Positions 53,895 to 64,000 of a DNA stretch of 64,000 nucleotides are shown here, piece by piece (the stretch's first letter is position 1; every line of letters starts with the position of its first letter). The notes beneath the pieces are model-generated. The model did no database searches and was not told the DNA's origin. It was given only the letters and a program-made list of their open reading frames with translations. Origin of the DNA: Flaccisagitta enflata (lineage: Eukaryota); NCBI GenBank assembly GCA_965153355.1, contig OZ231126.1:43276001-43340000 (forward strand), written 5' to 3'. Both the position numbers and the translations under genes were made by a program.

Positions 53895-56305
53895 GTACAT
53901 TGTCCCACTTACACTCAAGTGTCTTGAGATTCACTGTTAAGATGAAAAAGCCATCACACATTATGAGATAGACGCATATGAATTGTCTGAGGACTGAGAA
54001 TGAGTTACAACCTTCACTAACAGAACTACTAGTATTGTAGGAAAGGTTAATAAGAAAATAGCTATTGAGATGTTTCAAATCAAAGCTATTGTCTCTGAGT
54101 AGGTCCATTGAACAGTTAAAGAAGATGTATGAGTGGGTAAACCCCATTGGTATTATAGATGGCCCCTTAGGTGCTCCATAGGGTACCTTGGTCCCAATAT
54201 AGATGGCAAAAATAGCAAAGAATAAAAAAAATGCTTAAATTTATAAAAAACGTTTATTTGCATAAGTAAACCAAATCTTTTGTTCTGGTTCACTCAATAG
54301 TAATGATTAAATGGGGGCAAGGCTGTAAAATGGCCAGTGCATGCTAAAAAGGACTTGAAAAGAAAATCAAATGGCTTAAAAAATGGCCCATCTCATGGAA
54401 TTTAAAAAAAATATTTCAAATGAATTTTCTTGTTGGGACTACACCCCCCTTTGTCCATCCTTTGGTCAGTTAACATTTGGTTGGTTGGTCAGTCGGTTGG
54501 TCAGTTGGTCAGTCGGTTGGTTGGTTGATCAGTTGGTCCCCTTTCAACTTTTTTGCCATTTTTGATCATTTTGAGCTCATTGCATCTGCCCAAATACTCC
54601 AGTGACCTTCTCAATCACAGCCCCTGCCGCCCCGTAAGCAACTAATGTAGCTGTGTATCTGGCTTTGTTTATTCCAGCAACAATTTATCTAATAAGTGAC
54701 ACGGGATCACAATATTTTTGCGGATTGGTGGGTAGGGGCATCCAACCCCTATCAGCACCCCAGTCCCCACCCCAGACGCAAACATACATAAGTATCTATA
54801 ACGCTTGTTTTTTAACTCAATCACCACAGACCAACAGACCAATGGACAGACACAGCCTCTTATAGAGTTGCGTGTAAGCAACAAAAAATGTATCATCAGT
54901 GAAGTACAAAAAACCAGAAACCACAAAAATGGTTAACATTTAAAACTAAATCAGCTTGAAACTTTAATTGGCTAAAAATTGACCAAAATTAACAAAATTT
55001 GCCTCTAAGTTCAAAAATGTATGGATAGCTAACTATGGTGTACTTTCATGCTAATTTTGTACATGGGGTAGAATTTTTTGCAGTTTTCAGTTGGTTGCTC
55101 TTCACTTCACTATTTGTTTATACAAAAATGTTATCATTTTTTATTATTGTCAATTGTGTGCAATGTAACTCTACACCCCACTTTGTTTGTCTGAGTGGGT
55201 CATGCATATTTTACTTTTTTTGCTATTTTCATTCATGGACCTCGCAGCTCCTGCTCGAATACGATTCCTGCTTAAATGCTTGTGACTGGGGTAGCCGTGT
55301 ATCCAGCCTTATTGAAGATGCATGAAATTTTTCCTATTCTAGTTGCAGACATGTTATTCATTAAGTCTTTGTCCGCTGGTTCGTCTGTTGATTTGTCCTT
55401 TGATCTGTCCCTAATCCATCCCTGATAATCGAGATGAAAAGTACAGAACAGCAGTTTTAAGTACTTTTCTGTGTGTGGTTGTGTTAGGGGTCAGGGATGA
55501 GGTGTGTATGGGGGTTGGATGTCCCATGCCCACTTGTCCACAACAATATTGTGACCCTGTGTCAATTGCTTTTGGTTTGAGTGGCCTCCTTCAGTATCAC
55601 ATCTGAACATTAAAACCAAGTAAACTTCAAAGAAAGTTTGGATTCAAAAGAAAAAAAAGTTTGGTGAATTTTGCTGGTTAATTGTCATTTTTTGCTATTT
55701 AATGATAACTTATGCTTGTTTTAAGCAAATTTAGTCGTCAATGCCAAATCTTTTATAGTCTCTGGTCTCTTACACTTTACTGAAGCTATTTAGTTACAGC
55801 CCACAAGAGAAATGGGGACTTGGGGTGTGGATGGGGGTTGGATGCTCCTGCCTACCTGTCCGCAACAATATTGTGACCCCGCGTCACTTGTTTAGTTCAA
55901 TGAGCATCTATACATTATAAATGAACAAGCAAGTTTAAACATTTGGTTTAAATATATAAATCAACCATTTTCTTAAATTTTTACAAATTTTTGATAGTTT
56001 TTGCTGTTTATGCCAACTATAGGGAGAACCAGACACTTTAAGGGGCACCTGGGTGGCCTCTTACTACAATTTTTCAAGCCACCTTCTTGGAGTCTCCAAG
56101 TTGGAGAACATAGCCTTGATTTGAGACACCCCAGTGGCTGGTTTCTCCTTACCACTTCTTTCAAATCCTTGTAGTTGGTGTTAGTGAAGGTTGTAGCTCA
56201 TTATCATTCCTCAGACACCTAATATGTGTTTATCTCATGATGTGTAATGGCTTTCTTATCTTAACAGTGAATAATAAGGCACTTGAGTGTAAATGGGACA
56301 GCGTA
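53895..56305. mobile_element. Long-TIR DNA element (MULE- or hAT-like, 8-bp TSD AGGAGCAG) splitting a HINE
   Basis: TGTCCCACTTACACTCAAGTG...ATTCACTGTTAAGAT...ACAACCTTCACTAACA pairs with 56178-56300. AGGAGCAG occurs at 53887-53894 and 56306-56313. The flanks rejoin into one HINE (53843-56424). Confidence 0.8.
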
Positions 56306-57368
56306 AGGAGCAGTAATGCAAAAACCGCTCGGAGTTCAAAAATGTGACGGACGGACCGACATACCGACCTACCAACCGACCGACCGACACGGCAAGTTGT
56401 AGAGTCGCGTGTCCGCGACTAAAAAGAATTTAAAAAAAAACAAAAAAGAGAAAAAGGAAAAATCGAGAGACAGACAAACTAAGAAATAAACAAGTTCGCG
56501 AATAGTTGGGCAGGGGCTGCTTGCAATTCAAAAATATTTGTGCCGGACCGACAGATCAACTGCAAGGTGTAGAGTCGCGTGTCCGCGTCTAAAAAGAAGC
56601 GATAAACCTCGCTTATGTTACAAAACATACAAAGTGTGCGTGCCTTGAAGTCGACAATTGTCTGCACGCGGGTTTCCTCTTCATAAAAAAATGAGTATCT
56701 TCACTTTTTGGAGATGAAAAAAATGAATCTAATCCAATACTGAAGATATCATGAGCTTTTTGTAATCTTAACAGATAATCCAAAAAATTCATTGATTTTT
56801 CTTGAAATTTGGAATTTTTCATAGATACGTCCATTTAGGTCGCCTTTTTTCACTTGAAATTGCCATAAACCCTGGCCCGGATCAACCTTACGCGAGGCCC
56901 GAGGCTACTGTTGCCGCGAGGCCCCTGAAAAAGACTTACAGTTTTAATAAGGCCTACATGGCGACTGAGTAGTTGTTTATAGGTGGGCAGGGGCAGTGAT
57001 GGAGGTGGGCAGGTCAGTATGAGTGGGCTTGGGCTGTACTGTGGCAGGGCAGGGACAGTTATGCTCAGAAATGGCTTTTCCAGCCTATTCACGTCATCTT
57101 AAGTTGTGCGTTCCAGATAGATAGACAGACCTGCTAAGGGACACTCTCTTATATAGTCGCTTAGCAAGCAACTTAAAAACTATAAAATCAGTGACTATTT
57201 GAAAGATATTCAAACAAATCTTCAAGACAAGATCAGGGAGGAAATCATAATTCTATTGGTATAATAGTCGCAAAAGCTTTAGATTGTCAGCGGTACCTGT
57301 GCCCTGCCTACATTGTTTGGGCTTGAAGTTGAAGGGGGAGCAGGGCAGAGGCCCTGAAGGGGTCAATG

Positions 57369-57683
57369 CAGGCCTGTATATTGTTCTACATTCCCCCCCC
57401 CCGGTGGGGAAATAAAGGGTTTGGAGATGGGGGAAAAAATAGAAGGGGGAAAACAGAGAAAAAAAGAAAATTTGGGGAAAATAAAACTTTTGACAGTACC
57501 AAATCATAAAAAATGATTAGTAAAACACAATTTAACACTATTTAAACCTTAAAAACACTGTTTTGTTGCTATATGGGGAAGAAAATCATAGATTTTCTAT
57601 AGCGACGTGACGCGTTGCGGGGAAGAGAATAAAAGGCAGGGGGGAGAAACTAATCAAAGATCATAGAACTATATACATCCCTG
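57369..57683 (+). mobile_element. hAT-type MITE, 8-bp TSD GGTCAATG (family copy 3), nested in a family B HINE
   Basis: CAGGCCTGTATATTGTTC ... GAACTATATACATCCCTG, flanked by GGTCAATG. Confidence 0.88.
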
Positions 57684-58477
57684 GGTCAATGACTTATAAT
57701 TTCACACATATGGAATTTTCTCCTCCTCCTCCTCCTCCTTCTCCTCCTCCTCCTCCTCCTCCATCCCCCTCAAATCTCAGTCTCGAGGCTTGAATTCCAT
57801 TCTTGAGGCCCAGATCCCAGTTTCAAGGGCCAAATTCCAGTTTTGATGTCCAAATCCTAGCCTCAAGGCCCAAATCCTAGCCTGGAGGCTGGGTCCTTGC
57901 CCTCTAAGCTGGAATTTGGGCCATGAAACGGGGATTTGAGGGGGGACGAAGAAGGAGGGGAAGGAGGAGGAGGAGGAGAAAATTCCCCACATGTGTGAAA
58001 GCACAGGTCATCGACTCCTTCGGAGCTGCTGCCCAAAAAAGACATCTCAACAAGGTTGATATCCCTTCTTCCTCCCTAGTTAAATGGTATTTTTAGGCGC
58101 GGACACGCGACTCTACACCTTGCTGAGTCGGTTGGTAGGTCGGCAGGTTGTTTGGTAGGTCACATTTTTGAATTCCAAGCGGTTTTTGCATTACCGCTCC
58201 TGCCCAACCGTCCGCGACTGGATTGCCGTGTATCCGGCCTAGTTTTAAGATCCCAAAAAATCCATGAAAAAAAAATGATTTTTTTTTGCTTAATTAGGCT
58301 GTTGTTAAAAAAACACATCATGATAACTAAAATTACTTTTTCCTGCAACTGGGTTTTTGTATGTAAACCAATAAACTTTCAGGCCAACTAGGGATATGTA
58401 AGTGGTCAATTTTCATGCTGCTTCCACTTCTTCTGTTTCCACTTCAGCTTCTGTTTTTATTTTTCTACAAGTAGCTA

Positions 58478-59240
58478 CCCTGTGTTCAAAAGCAAGTGAT
58501 ACCAGCAAAACCTTTATTGCGCCTTAAGTATTTATTTTGAGAATTTCGGATTGGTTCTGCCTGAAAGCACATTACCTACCATTTATACATACAAAATTTC
58601 ATAGCAGTGGCTCTAGGGGTTGAGCTTCCACACAGTTAGGAATGAAATTGTGGATAAACCATTAGAAGATTCCTAAGATAACGATGGACTGACTTATGTA
58701 GCTTAGAATCAATGGCATTCTTTAATGAATCATGCAAAAATGGCCAGATTGGTCCAGAAAGCAGGATATGAGTTTCAGTTTACATATTTCAAGCCATAAA
58801 TACCAAATCGTGGAAATTCAGGTGCAAAATCTTAATTTTACTTTGATTTTTTGAATTTTGAATAGGTTTTGAATCACATTGCTAGTCATAAGGTTTCTAG
58901 TTTTCTCCAAAATATTGACAAATCAAATCATATGAAAAAGAAGGGTGAAAAACTAACAATTCACGACCAATCTGGTGATTTTAGCTCAATATATGCAAAA
59001 ATTACAAGAGTTCATTGATGTAAAACAGTTTTACAATGCAGTTTTTGAGCTAAATTCCTGGAAATTTCATGAATTTTCAAAATTTTATGGAAGCTGAACT
59101 GCTAGACCCGGCGCTATGAAATTTTGCATGAATAAATGGTAGGTTATATGCTTTCAGATGAAACCAATCTGAATTTCTCAAAATGACTACTTTAGTCACA
59201 ATAAAGGTTTTGCTGGTATCACTTGCTTTTGAACACAGGG
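58478..59240. mobile_element. MITE with TA TSD and CCCTG ends
   Basis: TA|CCCTGTGTTCAAAAGCAAGTGATACCAGCAAAACCTTTATTG perfectly pairs with CAATAAAGGTTTTGCTGGTATCACTTGCTTTTGAACACAGGG|TA. Confidence 0.92.
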
Positions 59241-61205
59241 TATCCCACCCATCAAAACAGAAGCATTTAATCACTTCTTCATCCCTAATCTAACTGCTGT
59301 AAGACACCACTAAAAAGTCATGTATCTTTTTTTAATGTTCCCAACTGCAAATTTTCCCCTATTTCTTTCATCAGTTTATATTCATAACCTAATGATGGGG
59401 GAGCTTTTCTTCCTCTTTTTCATCTCCCTCCTCCTTCTTCTTCTTCTTCTTCTTCTTCTTCTTCTTCTTCTTTTTGGGCAGCGGCCCCAAAGGGGACAAA
59501 GTCCTGTAGAACACAGGGGGACTTTCGTTCGTCCGTCCGTCCGTCCGTCCGTTCGTTCGTCCGTGCGTCCCCCCCCTCAGGCCCCTCAGGCCTCAAATCT
59601 GCCCTCTCAGGCCTCAAATCTGGCCTCTCAGGCTTCAAATCTCGCCTTTCAGGCCTCAAATTTTGCCTCTCAGGCCTCAAATTCAACCTCTCAGGCCTCA
59701 AATCTGGCCTCTCAAGGCTCAAATTAGGCCTCTTAGACCTCAAATCTAAATTCTCAGGCCTCAAACCTGGCCTCTCAGGCCTCAAATTAGGCCTCTCAGG
59801 CTTCAAGTCAGCAATCTAACCCTCAATTTATTGCTCTCAGGCTTCAAATCAGTCCTCTGATTTCAAGCTTTGATCCAGCTCTCCCAAGCCTCAAGTCAGC
59901 CCTCTCAAGCTTCCAATTGGCATTCTTAGGCCTTAAATCAACCTTCTTAGACCTCAGTTTAGGCTCTTGAAGGCCTTTGGTCAGCCCTCTATAGCATCTC
60001 ATCCCCTTTCTCAGGCAGGACGAACGAAAGCCCCCCTGTGTTCTACAGGACTTCGTCCCCTTCGGGGCCGCTGCCCTGCTTCCCCCTCCCTCCAATTCAC
60101 AATCACTCAAAGCAGGGCAACGGGTATCGTTGACCACATATTGCCCTTGGGCGACCTGTTCTTCTTCTTTTTCTTCTTCCTTTCGTTCTTCTCCTTCTTG
60201 CTCTCTCTTCCCCCCTTCTTTTTTTCCCTTTTTTTTTCTCTACCCTTTTCCCCTCAAAGCGCGAGGCCCCCTGAAGCGCGAGGCCTAAGGCTAAGCCTTT
60301 TTAGCCTATTGGTTGATCCAGGCCAGCATAAACCCTGTCATGTGGACCGGTAATATATACTCAAATGCTACTATGACCATTCTACTTAGTTTGAGCCATA
60401 TAGCAGGGATGAAAATTTTCACCCAAATACCCAAGGAGCCATCTAGCGCAATCCGTGGCCCTTAGTGCAGAGGCTAGAATTCAGGCAACAGATGGCCGAT
60501 TTCAGGTCTGAATGGGTTGATTTCATGTTGATTCCGGCCTGAAAGACAAGAACAAGGCCGTATACACTCCCCCTCAGTCGCGGACGGGTGGGCAGGAGCG
60601 AAATAGCGAAAAAACGCTAACATTTTGTTTTGGTTACCGACGGACAGACTGAACGACGGACACAGCAAGGCCTAAAGTCGCGAGTCCGCGACTAAAAATC
60701 GCACCATGAAAATTACCTTTACGTACATCCTCATCCGAGTAAGGAAGTAGATCTAGTAAAACAAGGCCGGATACATGGCCACCCCAGTAGCGTGCGGGTG
60801 GGCAGGGGCGATAAGCGGTTTTACTCTAAGCTCTGGATAGGAGTTATCTTTGGCATAGTCTAAAGAGCTCAAACTGCACTGTTTGAGAAGTGGAAATGGC
60901 GATAGGTAACTCGCTCTCATCGTTCAGCCACACATAGGAGAATTCTCAGAACACTCGTTGCTTAGGTGAAGCTTATATTGTCTTAGTCTTAGCCAGATTT
61001 AATTTTTTTTCAAGATCATTTTTTTCTTGATTGAAAACTAGAAAAGTCTGTCACTCCTTAGGCTGAGAAGAGAAAAAAATACTCTACTGGAATCCTTATT
61101 GGATAACCCATTCAGACAAGTATTTTGACCAGCCAAAGCAGGAAAAGAAATTAATCAAAGGTAAATAAAACAATTAAAAGAGTGAGGTTCATTATTTCAG
61201 ATGAT

Positions 61206-62138
61206 TCATGCGGCAAAGTCAAAGATGGCGTAGCGATCGGGATGTCGCTGAAAGTTTTCATCGACAAAACCTCCAATGCATACCACCGAAACTCCGTCAT
61301 CAATACGCTTCAACGTGAATGCCTGATGTTGTTTCAGCCCTCCTCTTTTCCCGCCAAATTCATGCGAAAGCGATGGAAGCTCTTTCCATTCGGACTTATC
61401 AACGTCAAAGATCGAGGCCTGGTTTGAGACTCCTTTAGTGTCGATGCCTTGGTCCCCGCCAACTAGGAACAGCTGAGATAAAGAGACTCGCGTGAGCGAG
61501 TGATAGTGTAAACCATTTATAATCCCCGAGTTTTCGATCCTGGTCCACTCCATGATTTTCATATCAATCATGAAAAAGTCGATCAAGCTCCTACCATCGC
61601 ATAAACCACCGTGAATGAAAACGCGATGATCGAGTTGGGCGACAGCAAAACTAGAACGCGGCGTCGGTTTCCTTCCGGTGGTTTGGAGACGTCTGAAGGT
61701 GCTGGCGCGAGGATCGAATTGGTAGAATTCGTTGGTATAGTAGACACAGTTTTTCACCGAGTTGAAAAACTCGTCTTGTCTCAACCCGTCCGTTTGTCTG
61801 AGGTTACCGCCAAAAAAGAAGATTTTGCCGTCGTAAGACCAGCCGCCATGATTCCGTCGCTCGAAAGGAATGTCACCGTTGGGATAGAGACGCGTGAATT
61901 TCCCGTCGACTGTTAGAGAGGAAATGTCTTTGACCCAACTATGATTGTTGCCGTCTTCCCCTCCAAAGATGTAAAGTGTGTCGTCCTGGATTGCGGAAGC
62001 CGCAAATATAGATCCAGGATGAACCTCACCAGTTGCGGGAATCCGTTGCCATACTGCCCTGTCTCCAAGTTTGAGTGGAGGCGAGAATAAGTAAAGGAAG
62101 CCGGTAGGAGTGACGAGATAGCGTCCATCTTTTTGTAC
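61206..62138 (-). CDS. Kelch-repeat beta-propeller protein (KLHDC1/KLHDC2-like), terminal exon
   Basis: Acceptor TTTCAG then 933 nt in frame. Kelch motifs: LYIFGG, GDIP..R..HGGWSYDGKIFFFGG, TTGRKPTPRSSFAVAQLDHRVFIHGG, HSLTRVSLSQLFLVGG, VVCIGG. Confidence 0.88.
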   Translation of the reverse strand, partial: VQKDGRYLVTPTGFLYLFSPPLKLGDRAVWQRIPATGEVHPGSIFAASAIQDDTLYIFGGEDGNNHSWVKDISSLTVDGKFTRLYPNGDIPFERRNHGGWSYDGKIFFFGGNLRQTDGLRQDEFFNSVKNCVYYTNEFYQFDPRASTFRRLQTTGRKPTPRSSFAVAQLDHRVFIHGGLCDGRSLIDFFMIDMKIMEWTRIENSGIINGLHYHSLTRVSLSQLFLVGGDQGIDTKGVSNQASIFDVDKSEWKELPSLSHEFGGKRGGLKQHQAFTLKRIDDGVSVVCIGGFVDENFQRHPDRYAIFDFAA

Positions 62139-63113
62139 CTGAAAGTTTGAATAGCAGCCCAAAGGCAGTAAGTGGTCAGCGGTACCAGTGCCCTGCTTGG
62201 GAAATGTTTGATTTAGTCTGAGGGGGAGCAGGGCAGCGGCCCCAAAGGGTACAAAGTTCTGTAGAATACAGGGGGAATCTGTCCGTCCATCCACCCATCC
62301 GTTTGTCCCCCCTACCTCATCCTCAGGGCTTTGTCTCCATTGAGGCCTATTCTGACCCAAATTCTGCCAAATAGCTCAAATCCAAGCAATGTGGCCCAAA
62401 TCTAAGCAAAATGGCCCAAATCCAAGCAAAATGGCCAAAGTCTGGTCAGAATTTGGGCATCAGAGGCCACAATATAAGTCAGATAAGGGGTCAAAATAGT
62501 GGACCTCAGGCTTGAATTTGGGTTTTCTAGCCAGATTTTGGCCATTTTGCTTGGATTTGAGCCATTATGTTTAGATTTGGGCCATTTTGCTTAGATTTGG
62601 GCCATAGTGCTTGGATTTGGGCCACTTGGCAGAATTTGGGTCAGAATAGGCTCCAAAGGAGACAAAGCTCTGAGGATGGGGCGGGGGGGGGGGGGGAGAC
62701 GGATGTATGGACAGACGGACGTACATATGGACGGACAGATTCTCCCTGTGTTCTACAGGACTTCGTCCCCTTCGGGGCCGCTGCCCAAAAATGGCGCCGT
62801 CTTGGATACATGATAATATCAGGATTATCGCCCTATCACGATCAGCCCAATTACTTTTTTCCTCAAGACCTCGACATTTTTTATCGCACGTACGCGACTC
62901 TGGATGTTACTAGGAAAGATGGTAACACAACCGAACCCCCAACCCATTAAAGGATGAGAGCCTTTGAAGCTCTCTATGGTGTTTAATCCGAACCCATCAC
63001 AACTATCCTTCAATTTTCCTAAAAGAAAATTACACTGAGAATTATCAAAGGATCCTACAAAAATTATTTCACATTTAAAACAGCATTGCCCTCAGTCCTC
63101 AGTATATTTGTAC

Positions 63114-63262
63114 CTGACCACCGCCCCAGAGGACGAGTCGATTGCCAATGACTCCGCCGACGAAACCACTTCCGACTGGAAAGCTATGACATGCGCTATA
63201 CCAGTTATCCGCAAGTCTTGGCCGTAAATTGAAGAGTTGCTGACGTGGCGGGGCTGATTTGC
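63114..63262 (-). CDS. Kelch protein, upstream exon
   Basis: (CT)n..CTAG acceptor and open frame [49 protein letters not shown] (first kelch blade, LWGG). CAG|GTAC donor is phase 0, matching the next exon. The acceptor position is less certain. Confidence 0.72.
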
Positions 63263-63266
63263 CTAG

Positions 63267-63380
<114 letters not shown>

Positions 63381-64000
63381 TTACTCTATGGATGGAGTGT
63401 GGATGGGGATATCTTGTCTTTTGGATGGAATCCATGGATACTTATGTATTTCGGTCTAGTCACTAAATTGCGAATCCTTCTTTGAAAAATGAGCTAGTCA
63501 AATTTCATTTCATTGAAGTGCTACTTCCCAATTCAGTGCAATCCAAAGCTACTGGTATTCCTACATAATAAGAATCTAAAATAACTCATAGTTTCTTTTT
63601 GGTCTGTAACAATCAAATCCTTTCCCTTTTAAAGTATTGTAAAAATGTATATTGATTTCCAAGATCCTCATGATATACATGATCATAGTGTAGATTTTAT
63701 TGATTCCACTATTTTACAAAAATATTTCCACAATGTTCCAAAGATGTTTTGATTTTGATACTAAATAATACAGTTGAATCCCGCTCTAACAGATTTCAGG
63801 CAACCAACAAATTGTATTTGTTATCGGAGGAATTTTATTACAAAAAACTGATGTTTTGGGACAGTTTCTGAGGGTAAGATATGCTATCAGTATGATTTTC
63901 ATTGATGTACTCAAAAAAACATGCATTAGAGGCGAAAAACGAGAAACCGCAATATGCAAACAAGATCAAGTGCAAACTTTCTAAAATAGCGCAAAAATTG

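Larger units (their letters stand above)
56872..60326. mobile_element. hAT-like element, 16-bp TIR, 8-bp TSD CATAAACC, filled with nested insertions
   Basis: CATAAACC|CTGGCCCGGATCAACC ... GGTTGATCCAGGCCAG|CATAAACC (15/16 TIR match), with subterminal GCGAGGCCC repeats at both ends. Confidence 0.82.

Noticed and set aside
62139-62360. N-terminal 74 aa of the 384-aa ORF as part of the kelch protein
   Set aside because: It derives mostly from an intronic HINE; a proper acceptor precedes 62138 and an in-phase upstream exon exists.

Overview
Repeat-rich eukaryotic (metazoan-like, intron-containing) DNA with one 10-N scaffold gap (27736-27745). Host genes: a 3-coding-exon synaptobrevin/VAMP R-SNARE (+, 3579-5879), two spliced kringle-domain exons (+, 49305-49665) and the 3' part of a KLHDC1/2-like kelch gene (-, 61206-63262). 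The dominant feature is a near-intact Helentron (Helitron2-type rolling-circle transposon, about 27746-36089). Its reconstructed ~2,500-aa polyprotein is USP(C19)-type deubiquitinase + Zn finger + 23-aa repeats + HUH Rep + Pif1 helicase + APE/EEP endonuclease, broken by three visible lesions. A USP domain with intact-looking catalytic residues, rather than the OTU protease usually described in these elements, is the top finding. A 5.1-kb satellite of ~39 x 132-bp units (11839-16972) is built from a Helentron-type terminus sharing the 11-bp subterminal repeat of that element. The kringle exons sit inside a TA-flanked TIR element, suggesting gene-fragment capture. The rest is HINE-like non-autonomous elements, MITEs, nested insertions and microsatellites. 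All assignments are by eye; no database searches were run.
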